Of a DNA stretch of 64,000 nt, positions 14,481 through 28,400 are shown in pieces. Numbering within the stretch: position 1 is the first letter of the stretch; each line of letters starts with the position of its first letter. A program made the position numbers and the translations under genes. Under the pieces are notes generated by a model, which was not told the origin of the DNA, searched no databases, and saw nothing but the letters and a program-made list of their open reading frames with translations. The stretch is from Chrysomallon squamiferum (taxonomy: Eukaryota; Animalia; Mollusca): positions 11,284,001-11,348,000 of the forward strand of contig CM022671.1 in assembly GCA_012295275.1 (NCBI GenBank), read 5' to 3'.

Positions 14481-15348
14481 TTATTCTTAATGTACGTAAA
14501 TATCCATGTTCATTTACGTATAAATGTATGTCTCTTATTTATTTATTTATATTATTTTTTAGTCACTGTGTTAGTATCTAAAATTACTAAACTACATCAG
14601 ATTACGAATACAAAATAGATGTAAAGTATATTACTTGCTTACTCTGCAAGAAACGCAGTAATTTCCATGAGAGTATTCAGTAGTATTGTTACAGTGCCTC
14701 TGGCAAAAACAGAATATTCAAATATTTATACATCTAAACTACAGCCCGTTCTGAGAGTCTGATCAATTTACAACAGGTAGTTTTTTTTTGTTTTGTTTTT
14801 TTTTTTGCTCTTTTCTTATTGGTAAACTCTTCTTTCATGCTAATAAAGTATTCGACTGCACCCTTTCCATATTTGATAAGCGATGCAAACTGTTATATAA
14901 ATTATTAATTTTCTTATTACCTGATACTTAAAATAATTTATATAAATATTTATGAGATATGCCAACAAGTAAAGGTACTAGTTCAAATCAGTTTTGCAGT
15001 TCACAAATACTGCACGAAAAAACGAATGACATTGAAGAGTGTTTTACTACAGAATTTAAATGAAATATCTAAAAAAACCAAAACGTGGATGACAGAGTTT
15101 ACTGATTGGAGATAATATTGCTAAACTGAAGTCTGGTGTACATTTTGTGTGTCCTGACAGCCTCGAACTTCATCATAATATCTCGAAAAGGTGCGAAATT
15201 TTCCGTTTGAATGAAATATCAGCTAATGAATTTATTTGTTTCCTGTTCCTGTGTTCATTTCATTTAATTATAATAATCAATTAAAATATTTATTTTTGTT
15301 TTGATTTTCTTTATGCTTCTTTCTTTTTCTGTTCTTTTTTTAATCTCT

Positions 15349-15388
<40 letters not shown>

Positions 15389-17149
15389 TTTTTTATATAT
15401 ATATATATTAATGTGTGTTCGTTTTATTATTTTGATTAATTATATTTACTTTTTATTTTATTTTATTTTTTTTATTTTTTTTTAATACATTGTTATTAAT
15501 AATTTAATACATATCGATTCGTTGTTGCAATTTATAATTTTGTCTGACATTTTTTATTTTATTTTTATTTTTTATTTTTTATTATTATTATTTATTAATT
15601 ATTATTTATAATGTAATATTTGCATGTGTATAGCGTCATTAATATACATGTATAAAAACGATCTTAGTTTATGTTCATAGTTATTCCTAATGTTGATGAC
15701 GTTCACTATTACTAAGGCCGTCTTGTTCTGAAGGTTAGCTGCTAATCTAAGGGAAATAACTACACCGGCATAATTCCTCCTCACGTACACCATTAATATT
15801 TTACATACGAACTGAAGAATGTGGACACGCTAGGAATGTGACTTTACAATGTGACCTTTAATGATTATTACAGTTTCATTTTATATAAGAAAAGAAATCA
15901 TCTCACTTTCTGTCACACGCCCTCAATATAATACACGGTAATGAGGACATTTAAATAAAAAAAAAAACCATTTGTGAAGTAGGCAGAGGTATTTCACTAT
16001 ACAGCAGTTTAATTTTTTTTTTTTTTTTTTTTTTTAAATCATATTGTTAGAAGTTATGAATTAATATACACATACACACCCTATTGTGACAATAGTCGTT
16101 TCTAAATTAATTGAGATGTTCATTACTTATTAAGGTACAAACATAAACTTCAGTGTTTGTATAGGAATGTGTGGAATGCGTACATAACAGAGAAGTTACG
16201 TTCAACTTTATGCACTGTTTTTAAATATATTTTCAATGTAACTATTTCTGACTTTGACGATTAAAATGAAATTTTATCTTGTAGGATAACGTCCTTAAGA
16301 TTACTGAGTCTTGACACGATTCCTGTTTGAAAGAAGTTAAAAATAAAACAGATAGTGGAAAGCTTAGTTTATCTTATTTGTCTGACATTCTGACTTATTT
16401 CACATAGTAGCATTACTTTTGTTGCTGAATCACAGTATTAAATATTTTATGATAATTTTACAAATATTTAAAAAAAAAAATAATAATAATAATAATAAAA
16501 AAAAATTAGATACATTTTTTTCCCCCTAATAAATCTCTTTCCAAGTAAACTGTTCATCTATGCCTAGTCGTGCTTTGAATATTAACAGAATACACAACGG
16601 AAAATGTATTAATATGTCGATTCAAAAAAAAAATCACTTTTATTACCCTGTCTGAAATGCATCGTCATCTAAGTATGAAATGTTGTTTTAGTTTACCTAA
16701 CATCAAGTTACCACTAAACACTAAGATCCTATCTCCTGCATACATGATTCATCACCATGCCTTATGCACTAAAACCTGATTCACCTTCACCTGGTGGGCT
16801 AGTAATTGTAAACATGATCTTATTTCATGATCTAAAAAGTAGCCTGCGTTGACGAATGACCTGAACAATGTTGTCCCGTTCACGTTTCAGCGCACTTCAA
16901 CGTTTCACTTGACATGCGTGGTATGTTTGTAAACTGAGGAGTGACATAAAGAAACGTTAGCATGACCTCAGCGCGCTGCCAGGCTATTCTAGCACAATTA
17001 CTAGACTGATAACAAACATCTGAAATAATCTACACCAAGAGTTGATGATCGATCGATCGCTGATGGTAGAAATGAAGCCATCGGTGGGGGGAAAAAAACT
17101 TTTCAAAGATTAAATAGGAAACACAGAGTAATGTTTCGCGCCTTTTTGG

Positions 17150-17640
17150 TGGCTATCTTTGTCTCTTCAGTAGTGTACATTCTGAAAACAGATCGATATT
17201 CCTCTCGTCTGAATCCGCCATTTTGATTTTATCTCACAATGGGTGATCGTGGCGTTCTAGTAAGGATTACGATTGGCCCTTAACCCAACGAATTTGCAGT
17301 AGACTGTCGTCTAAATTACGATCTGAGCAGACGACACCTCTAAGCAAACGAGAACGACTTGGAGGCCAATTTATATGTGGTGTCCGGCTCTACAGTGCTG
17401 TCTGTATGAACGCGATCGATATCGTTCGCTCTATTAATGACGTCATTCCGCTGCCGACACTGACTTGTGAATAGGCAAATAATGTTTCTATTCTAATGGC
17501 GCACTAATTCAATGAAGAAAAACACTGTTAGCAATATCTGGGATACTGAAGATTTTTACACCTGATAATTTAGGTTTGATATGCTGAAGTAACGATTCAG
17601 CGAATTAGTTGGCTAGCAGAGGCAATTTATTCGTCAAAGA
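17150..17640. promoter_or_regulatory. Candidate promoter/5' region of the small TM gene (possibly bidirectional)
   Basis: CpG-rich block with YY1-type CCGCCATTTT (17215-17224), CCAAT/ATTGG boxes and CRE TGACGTCA (17438-17445) ahead of ATG 17640. Confidence 0.45.
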
Positions 17641-20600
17641 TGGCAGACACTTCGAGATTAAGCGAAACGGAACCAATGACGGGACAGTCATCGCAGCGAG
17701 GCAGACGAAGCAGTAAGTGTTTGTATCAGCTGTTTAAAGAACAAAGAGAATGAAATGTTTAAGAAATCGGTTTGCAAGATCTAATTTATTTATATATATT
17801 TTTATTATTTGTCTGATCTGTTTTTCTTTCTTTGCATTTTTTTCTCTCTCTCATACATATACATATGCATCTATATGCATACATACAAATAACTGACAGG
17901 TATAATTAAGAAATATGCAGTTATATTCATTTGTTTACTCTTCTCTGTGTAAACCCATTTTCATACCTATAATACTATACTTGTTTATTTAATAGAACTG
18001 AACTGTCATTATATGTTAGAAACATTTCTGTTATTGTTTATCCAGTAAGACGCTCAGCTAGTTATCTGTATTACTTTTATTTCTTTTTTCTACGTTTTAT
18101 TATCTTTTCATTCTGGTTTGTATTAAAATGAAGACTGAAACTTAAATTCTAAAGCCATGTTTTATCAACCAGTTCAAAAAATACCTTTTATATCATAAGA
18201 GAATCCAGAGATGTAAACCAGAATTTTAATTTTATATTATATTAATTTTTATATTACTTGTGACTAAATTTTCATAGCAAACACTGTGTAGTTTAAAATT
18301 TCATAGAAAAAAACAAAACAAATTATACTGGTGTTGGTATTTTTGACCATATACAGTATTAAACCGGTAAAAATATTAGTTTATTTAATAATTACTCTTA
18401 TATTATTATAATTTTTATTATTTATTTATTTATTTATTTTTTATTTTATTTTATTTTATTTTATTTAAATTTATTTTAATTATTTGTCTTTTTTACCGCC
18501 AGTAATTGTGAAACTGAAATCTGTGTTTGATAACTAATTCATTCGCAAAGTGACTATTTTTCTGTCCCGTTTATTTTTGTTTTTTGTTTTTTAGGTTTTA
18601 TTGTTATTATTATTTCTTATTATTATATATTTTTTAATCTGAATACGATGCCACGACCTAATAAAAACAAATCTTTTATAAAGAATAACGTACACAATTT
18701 TCTATATGAAATAATTTATAAAAAAATTCAAGTAAAGAAAAACTGAAACCGTTCAGAATACATAATGTCAGGTTTTATGGTTTTGATGTAAACAGCACTA
18801 TCCTATATGAATCTATATTATTGTCCATCAGTCAATATATCTCATATCCATAATTATTTACTAGTCGCCATATTTAATAACGCGAGACTTGTAGATTTGG
18901 ACCTGCATATGTTGAGTGTTATGAGATTGGCACAGAACTGGACAAGGCTTGCTCTCTTAAAATCGATTGTCCGTTGAAGTGCCTTACACACAGAGCATGA
19001 AACGTAGTAAGTGTCACTGCGGGAAGAATTCTCGTTCATTTGTAAATGAAAGATACTACTACTCTCTCGGCTGGAACGCGTGGGTTTCACAATATTGCTT
19101 GCTGCTTTGCAGATGACGACTTGTTAGTTTGTTCTAATTAGAATTCGATAGATTATGTTGTGTTTAGATGGGCGATTACCATGTAGGCAAGGCAGGACAT
19201 TGCGAGGTGAATCTGCCTTGGGCGTCAGTCCTAGAAAACAGTCTAAATAGTGTTACTGTTAATGATGTCAGAAAAGAATTAGTATAATAAGAAAGCACCA
19301 TGTGCTGGATGTTAATGTGTTATCTAACTAGCGGTGGTTTGAATTTTGGCGTTACTTGAAAAATAGCATCATCACTTTTACATAACTTATAGACTTTAAT
19401 GGCAGCGGGATTAAAATAAAAACAGCAATGTTCACATTAATAAAATATAATTAGAATAATAGCGCCATTCTAATATTAAATAGCTGTACTGTATCTAAAA
19501 ATGAGGTTATATTTAGAATATCTTAACATATATCAAGAGGAAGAAGTTACACTTTTCTTTTCAAGTACTGATCTAGCTTATTTTCGAGATATCAACATGC
19601 GTATGCTTTTATCCCTACCATTAATGAGAAATGATTCATTAAATTAATTGAATAAAAATAATATATATATTAAATTCATACTGTCTGAAGTGCGTCTATC
19701 AAGTTTTCCACATATTATAATTTATAAAGATACATATTTATTGGAAATAGGCTAATCTATGATGCTGCCGAGTTAGTTACACAAATGAGAAGTTATCACA
19801 ACATCATATGTAATAATTATTATTCTGGGCGAAGTGGAACTGTATGTCATGTTTTCTCTAGAGTAGTGATTGATATCGACCCGGGGATCGGTGGACTGGA
19901 CTGTCCAAGGTGAGGGGTGTGTCGATCAATATCTAAGATAGATAAAGGTTCAAAAGGGGGAATATGCACTGTGAGGGAATAGACAAATAAAGGTGAAACG
20001 AATTTTTTTCGAGAATCAGTAATGAAGCAGATTTTTATTATTGACTGGATATTTATTTGTTTATTAATGTTACATGCTTGGGCGGCAATGACAGATCAAG
20101 GAAGCCACGAAAAGGTCGATGGTTTAAAAGGCAGCCGACCTCAACTCCACATACATCTATTTACCAGAGATTTCTTGTACGCAACATCTGACGTCAGTAA
20201 CACAAAATATACACGGTTTTCTTGTAACTATGGGTGATAAGTATGAAATCTAGAAGTTCAGCCTTGCTACATTTAGCTGAAACTAGCAAAATCAAGCGAA
20301 CGTTTAAATCTTCACGAACATCTCAATTTTATCTCCTATGCCAGACACAACGAAGACAACAGGTAATAGTTTCCATCTTCTTTTTCCACTTCTTTCATTG
20401 CCTCGAGGGGATTGGGATAATTCTTGTTGTCTGCCATAACTCAGACTGCTTGCGTTGAAGGCAAAAGATCTCTTGATTGTATAAACATTTTTTTAATTCA
20501 TCGTACGTACAATCTGCAGTCCCTTAAGGCTGGCCACTAAGACTGTAGTAGTTTTATAGAAAGACATATAAATGTAAGTATGTGTTTGTCAGTTTGAGTT

Positions 20601-21498
20601 TATTTGTGTATAAGTATGTGTGTCGGTGTATGTATGCATATGTGTTTACGTCAGTATTTCTAAATGTGCGTTTTGTTTGTGTTTAAATGAGAAAAAAGAC
20701 AGCTGTGTGTATGTTGTTTATGTATGTATTTGTGTATATCTGGATTTGTATGTGTGTGTTTAAATGAGAAAAAAATGATCGTTGTGTGTATGTTGTTTGT
20801 GTATGTGTGTGTGTGTGTGTGTCTGTCTGTATGTGTGAGTTTAAATGAGAAATAAAAGGACAGTTGTGGATGTCTGGATATGTGTGTGTGTTTAAATAAG
20901 AAGAAAGGAGAGTTGTCTGTGCTTTCTTTTCATTGTTATACCATAAATGAACTATATTTGTTTTCTATTTATAGACGCGCGTGCTGAGAAGAAATGTTTA
21001 GGACGAAAGTGTTGTGTTGTGACGGTGATTGTTCTCTTCTTGTTTCTCACCTTCATAGCACTGCCTGCAGGTAAACACACTGCATTCTGTGTAAAGTGTT
21101 TATTTATTTAATAATCAGCAAGAATAACCAGAGGAAATTACACTTTGAATAAAAATATCTTCTTCAGAAACGAATCTGGTTTAAAAAGTATAATTCGTCC
21201 AAAAATCTATAAATAAAATAATCTAGTTTCTATATAAAGTGGTTCTGCATGTTTTAGGTAACTAATAGTATTTGCTGTTGAAGCTGTTTAGCTAACATTG
21301 CTTACATGACTTTCTCCTTTTTTTTAAGGCATTTTCCTCATCATTCACGGCGGGAAATCATGTGGAACAGGCTGCGTTGCCGGTGGTGCGATAGTAGTTT
21401 GCCTGCCTATAGTAGCGGCTGTTGTTTTAATTACAGTATTCTATGGCAGAAGAGAAGTCCAAAGACAGCATCTCCGAGATCAAACGAACACTGTTTGA
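17640..21498 (+). CDS. Small two-transmembrane protein (112 aa), 3 coding exons: 17640-17712, 20975-21070, 21329-21498
   Basis: ATG in AAGATGG context; donors GTAAGT (17713) and GTAAAC (21071); acceptors TTTATAG (20974) and TTTTTAAG (21328); both introns phase 1; 339 nt join into MADTSRLSETEPMTGQSSQRGRRSNARAEKKCLGRKCCVVTVIVLFLFLTFIALPAGIFLIIHGGKSCGTGCVAGGAIVVCLPIVAAVVLITVFYGRREVQRQHLRDQTNTV* with two hydrophobic segments flanked by basic residues. Exons 2-3 are better supported than exon 1. Confidence 0.75.
20681..20920 (+). repeat. Degenerate intronic tandem repeat, 4 copies of GTTTAAATGAGAAAA...GTTGTGTG separated by TG-rich spacers
   Basis: Anchors at about 20681, 20758, 20840 and 20890. 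Confidence 0.7.
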
Positions 21499-21799
21499 AA
21501 AGTGTTTTCCTCAATGAAATCAGTATTATCAGTATTGAACAAGTCTGGCTGCGACTTCGTGAAAGGTTTTGATCTCCGACTCAGTGGATTTTAATGCTGT
21601 TTATGATGACATCACTTATCTGAAATTTCTTTCTTTTTATTTTGTTTGTTTCGCATCTGTTATCTGTCAATTCATTTAGAATGTAACATGAAGCGAGGAA
21701 AGAAAACTCTGAAATCGTGTACGTATTATACAGAAAAATCGCACAAGTGCTCGTACAGATCTGCCTCTTTCTACACACTAGATCTGACTAGGAGATCTC

Positions 21800-22985
21800 A
21801 GGGAGTTAACATCCTGGCGTTTAGTGCTGATATCAGCTACAAAACAATAGAAGAAATTATATATGACAGAGACTGATGGACATACTTGGCTCAGGACGTT
21901 ATACAACCAAATAGTAGCAGCTGAAAACTATAAAAACTCTGATAATTTCACAACGAAAAGAAAACGAAACAGGATATGTCCACAATGAACATTTCTAGAG
22001 AAAGATGGATAACCAAGATTATCGGAGCTATTTAGTGGGGAATGTTGTCTCGAAGATTCTAAAAGGATACAACATTATGTGACCTTATACGTTGTATTAA
22101 CAATGGTAAACAACTGTCATCATTCCAGTTGATAACTGGTGACTTAGCTGTACCGCAAAAGACGACATGATGCTTTTATGCTCAATCAATGATATCAGAA
22201 ATTTTACAAGCTCAAAACAGTGATGGTTCAGTAAAATGTATTTTCACGATATTCTTTTGAGTTTATCATACATGCAGATTTTTATTAGTGGCAGTTAAAA
22301 GATTGCTATTATCATATATAAATACCATTCCCTGTTCTAGACAATGAACACTGTTATTTCGAGTTAACTGATAAAGAGAGGAAGTAATTATTCCATACGT
22401 ATGTGAATGCCATGGCACAAATTTCAACATTCCACTTACATGATTGGATGCTAGAAGACTATTCACGAAACAACACAAATGTCAAGGAGATGGGACAGAA
22501 TAGCCCAACATGGTAGGCAATAAGAAATAACAAAATAACCATGATTTCTGAGTGTTTTGAAATAATGCAGCTGACATCACATCAACAGTTTTGTCGAATG
22601 CTGTGCGTCGTAAACCACAGAAACGTATAAAGAACAAATTTAAAAAAAACTAACAAAAACAACAACTAGTTTGATGGAAGTATTCAATCGATGGTTTGCA
22701 AATCTGTGTACAAACAGAAATATACAAATGGATGATGAAAAATGTATTATGACTGCAATAAAGTATACTACAGAATGTCAGAAAATATATGGTTACTCGG
22801 AAGAAATACACAAATGATGATCAGAAAAAGATGAAAAAATATACAATGGAAAAATATCTTCCAAAACTTAAGTTTATGACAGATTGACGGAAAATATCTG
22901 AAAACAAAAAGTATTCGACAGACCGTTGAGTAGTATAGACAGTGTGAAAACATGATGCCGAGACAGGGTGCCAAAGATTAGCTAT
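21800..22985 (+). mobile_element. Possible highly decayed non-LTR retrotransposon remnant
   Basis: A-rich, non-microsatellite block with broken peptide fragments (IEEIIYDRD*WTYL; QKR*..TMEKYL..) loosely reminiscent of RTE-like ORF C-termini; no intact domain seen. Confidence 0.25.
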
Positions 22986-24373
22986 ATGTGATTATCATGA
23001 TGTTTGTTGACATGATAAGAATGAACACATTACATTTATAGAATACTTATGTATTGAGAACAGTACAACGATATCCCGTTATTTATTTTGTCTCTAACAT
23101 TTCTGGTGGACTTTTAAAAAAAAATTATAAATTATTTCATTAATCTTTATTATTATTATCTTTGTTTCTTTGTTTTAATTCAATTTATGTTATGTTTCCA
23201 TTTTAAAGTGTACTTTTAGTGATAGTGACCTGGATTCTTCGTGTTGTTCTTTTCTTATAATTTTTATCACTGAATCTGTTCTTATAATAAAATAAGCTTT
23301 TATGAATACATTATTGTTGACAAATGCCGAGAAGCAGGTAAAAAGAAACCAATGTGTAAAATGATTTTAGAACGATTCTGCACAGCAGCAAAGGTACTGT
23401 TTCCAAATTTTCTCGTTACACGCTATCTCTAGCTCATTTACAATGCCTGGTCACTGTCACATCTATGCAAGACTAACTGCTATCATGCTAAACACTACCA
23501 GAGTTATGAAACACTTTTATACAGACATTACTAATACTTTCATAATGATATTTATTTTTAAAGAGATTATTTAAGTTTATCTTTACAGAGTGGCTGCTGG
23601 TTTGAAATTCACTTCAAATGTCATGGTTATTGGTTGAAGAGTGTTGATTTAAAATAATATTAATCAAACAGCACCAACAGCGTGCTTTTAAATCAATATA
23701 AAATTTTAAAAGAATAACTATTTTTATCCTTTCGAAGTATAGTGATTGCTTTATTTCCAAAGAATTTGTGGAAATGATGAAAGCAAAAAAGAAAAAAAAG
23801 AAAAATCTTTTTTAAAAAAAAAATGAAAAAAAATAAATGTAGAAAAAGAATGAAAATCTATTTGTACTGTGATTAATATATATATATATATTTTTTAATA
23901 TCTCAATAAAGCTAAATCTTTTCACGACATATAATATTTATTTCTAAATTTATAAAGCCGTTATGCTAATAAATGCCTTTTGTAAATTTTATTTAATTTT
24001 ACGGAAACTTTTTATTTAGTTATGTTAGGCGGTTTCAGTGCTCTGATGTTTATATCAAAATTATTTCGCAGATATATAAAAAAGTATAGTGTCATTAATT
24101 TTATAAAGAATAAATAATATAATAAGTATAATAAATAATAATATGTTACGTTAGTACGAACACTGAAAAATGTTGTTTGATATGAATTATTGTCGTGAGA
24201 GAGAAAACTGAACGGTTGGACGTACATTTCATGAGTCTTTTCATCCAGATATCATTCTAATAATAATAATAATAATAGTAATAATAATAATAGTAATAAT
24301 GGAATTAAATATGAATTTGTAACATACTTTTAATAAAATTAAATTCAAAATTGTTAGAAATAAATTATATCCA

Positions 24374-24394
24374 TTATTATTATTATTGTTGTTA

Positions 24395-24471
<77 letters not shown>
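24374..24471. repeat. (ATT)n microsatellite
   Basis: Long triplet run; further runs at about 25026-25092 and 25364-25414. Confidence 0.95.
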
Positions 24472-24473
<2 letters not shown>

Positions 24474-25025
24474 AATCGAATGTTTTGATAGTTCTGCAAT
24501 CAGCTACCACAATCTTGTTACCTGTACATGAAAACGAATCAGAAATAGATACTGCTAATACAAGCTGGGTTTTTTTTTTTTTTTTTTTTTGGTTTCTTTG
24601 TTGTTGTTTTTTTTTTTTTTTTCATATAAACATTGTTACAAAATTAGTGGTTAAGAAAGAACAAGCTCATGTCTTATATTTGCTATAAAAAGTTAATTTT
24701 ACAGATAAAATGCATGACAGTGTTCTAACAGAGAAACAAAAAATATCATTAAATTTTTAAACTAAATATGCAAAAGCTTATAAAATGTTTTAATATAAAT
24801 TTAGAAATTCGATATCCCAGTCTTGCTTTCTTTTTAGTTATTTCAATTATTTAATGTAAATTAAATTAATATTGCTCATAATCATAAAGAACTGTTTTGT
24901 TTTGCATTCCATGTTCATCTCGTATGTTTATAAATGTTTTGGCGTCACTCAATACAGCTCCTAGTTACGAAAAATAAGTCATATTTGTAATAATACATAG
25001 AATTTAAAAAGCAAGAAGTCAGTAA

Positions 25026-25094
<69 letters not shown>

Positions 25095-25363
25095 ATTATT
25101 ATTTATTAACTTATTGAATCATTCATTTTGTTCCATGTCACAGACTATTAAAAGGTGAAAACATAATGTACGGAGTTAAAACTCTTTTCGTTCAGGTGAA
25201 ACTGCTCTTCCAGTTTCACTGAAACATGTTACAAAGCTTTAAATGTTATTTTTTTATCAAAAAAGTTAATGCTCAGCTATCATGATTCAGTTTTAAAAAC
25301 AGTTCATAGTAAGATATGGAATTTAACCGTCCTTCCTTAGTACACTTATAATTTGAAAATCAA

Positions 25364-25414
<51 letters not shown>

Positions 25415-28400
25415 TTAATATTTATTTACGTATAAATATAAATACCTGAAGATAGAGTTTATAGGCGCTGTAGAGCCATGGGTTTCATTATTAGTACAAA
25501 TCACAAAATAAATTTATTTACTTGTTTTATTATACTGAATCAATTTACAGATATCTTTATGAGATATGCTTTTATTAAGTAGTATTTTCTAAATATTTAT
25601 TCATTTCTTTTATCTCGTTCTATACTGATTTTAAGGAATATTGTTTGATAATCATTATACTGTCATCCTGACACGTATATTTATTATTTATTTCTATGTG
25701 TACATTTTTTACAGCTGATATTCTTTAGGTATAAAATATAATCACATGAAATTTCATTGTACCTAAACTCACATAAAATGATAAATAAATATGACTACTG
25801 ACTTGTTATTATTTATTTTTGACTTCACAAAGTAAATTTTATAAAACGAAAAAAAAAAAAAAAAAAAAAAAGCATAAAGGTGAGATAAGTGACAATTGTC
25901 ATAAACCTTTGAACACATTAAACATATCTTATTACTGTTTTCTGTTTTTGTTGTTTTTACTTATTTTTTTAATGTATGTAAATGGGGATTTAACAACAAA
26001 ACAGATAAAATCTGATTCTAAACATCTGTTGTGTTCACACACACAGAAACAAATACACATTACTTTTAATATCTTTTCCCTCGCAGTTTGTAAGAGAGAT
26101 GTTACTATTATTATTATTAGTTATGTTATCAGAACATGCAAATCTTCATTAACTTATAAAAATATTATTTCAGTGGAAAACCAAACATTACTCTGTGTAC
26201 TAACAGGATATTAACTTCACAAAGATCAAAGAAATCGTTTTATTACAATTTTCTGAAGATAAATAAGTTACTAATATACTAAGGAGATATTTCCTGACCT
26301 AACTGTAAGTATAAATATAAGCACTGTAATTTAATCCTTTTTATATTCTCTCGCATATATAAGATCTTTTTTATATTACTTTTCATTTTTAACAGACAAA
26401 ACAAATATATAAAATCACCTTTTTTTGTAATATTTAAAATTAAATTTCTATAATGTATAATATACGGAAATTAATATTCTCTCGAGCAAACTTTTAAAAT
26501 TTTCCATGGGAATATTTCAGTAAGCAATCTTTTACAAATACTCTGTACACAATGCACCTAAAAGTAAACTTTTTACGTGTGTGTCTATAATTAAAGTATA
26601 AAAAAGAACGTCTCTACAATATTATTATTATATGACTGAAAAGAACAACAAAAGGTTATTTCGCCTTTTATGACGTATTAAATTTGTTTTTATTATCACA
26701 GTTATGATATTGTTAGAACTTTTTCCTTTTTTTTTTTCTCAAGAATGCCAACACACAGTAAGCATTTAGTCTGATAAAAAAAAAAAAAAAAAAATAAAGA
26801 ATGCAGGCTATACCAAATAAAAACCCAATATTTTTTACAAGATTTCAGAAAAGTATTAAAAAACAAATAGTTCAATCTTTCTTCCTTTAAATTGGAGAAT
26901 GTAAAATAAACTCTCTACCATTTTACAACTCATAGAGATAAAAACATATTACTAGGGTTTTTTCTGTTTGTTTGTTTTACTTTTTTTTTTTTTTTTTTTT
27001 TTTTGTCTTCTTTATTTTTTTTTTTTTTTATTATTATTATAATTATTATTATTATTTTAATTTTTGTTGTTCTTAGAGTCGGTGTCTAACTCTAATGAGT
27101 TTCTTTATTTTAATTTAAAAAGAAATATCCATAAATATCAGTAATCGAAATAAATCTAGTCTGAGAAACATACTTACAGTCAAAAGGAACGTATCTTCCG
27201 CTGTTTCCGCTTATTGTTAAATATTAGTCCATTTCACACTTTAACTTTTTCTTCTTCTTCTTTTTTTTTTTTTTTTTTTTTTTTTAATTATTATTATTAC
27301 ATTTTAAATTATTATTTTATTATTTTTAAGTTTATTTTTTATTATTTTCATTTTCATTTTCATTTATATATATATGCAATTTTGTTTTTTATTCAAATTT
27401 ATTTCGTCTTGAAAGTTAAGTCATCACAAAGATTTTTCTGAAATCTTCCATCGGCCTCTGATAGCTATAACATAGTTTTAACAAGACAGACTTAAATGTG
27501 GTGAAGTGAATTTTGTAAACAGTTTCAGGTGTCAAAGCGAGGTGAAACAATGTCTTTTACTTAATCTGATTATAAACTGTGCCTGAAGCATTGTTGTTTT
27601 TCGTTTGATGTACAGCTAACTTAAACACCATGTGATAAACTTCTTGTCACTGACTGAACATTTGATGAATAAAGATGATTTAATGCACTCATTCCTCGGT
27701 TTTTGTTGTATCTACCTGTCTGAGTGGGTTTATTTATATACTGGTAATAAAACAACAGTAACATAATATAATATTAACGAGTTAAATAATGAACAATCAT
27801 TTCAGAAAATACTTCAAAAATTTGTAAATATATAGTAACAGTTGGGATTTGGGGTATTGTTGTATTATTGTTTTGAAATATATATATATATATATATATC
27901 GTTGACCGTTTTGTTTGCAGCTCGGTTTAGTTGTTTGTGTTGTTTTTTTTTTTTTGTTTTTGTTTTTTTTTTTGTTTTGTTGGGCTTTTGTAGCAATTTT
28001 AGTTGTTTAAATATGTAAAAAAAAAAAAAAAAAAAATCAATTTTGTTATTTTTTTATGAAGTATAATAAAAAAAATATTTCCAGCAATGTTATGTATTTA
28101 AAGTAAAATAAGTAGTATCGTTAGCTGTACTGTAAACCCAATCAATGTCATATACTATGATCGTGTATTTCTGAGAGAAAATGAGGTATTAAAACTCTCT
28201 CTTTCCTTTAATTAATCCTCTTAACAAGAAAATAATGACAGTCCTTGAGCAGAGGAGACAAACGTGGTCCCCCCCTCGGTCCTCCACTGTCTTACAAGAC
28301 GTGAAGTTAAAAAAAAGGCAAATATGAAATGTAAAATATTACCACAGTAGGATACACTGAGAGAAGAAGATACATAAACAGATAAATACACAGAAGAACC

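Noticed and set aside
21484-21498. C-terminal class I PDZ ligand in the small TM protein
   Set aside because: The terminus is T-N-T-V; position -2 is Asn, not Ser/Thr.
21306-21572. Track ORF MTFSFFLRHF... as the product of this locus
   Set aside because: A different frame joins phase-compatibly with the upstream exons and gives a coherent 2-TM protein.
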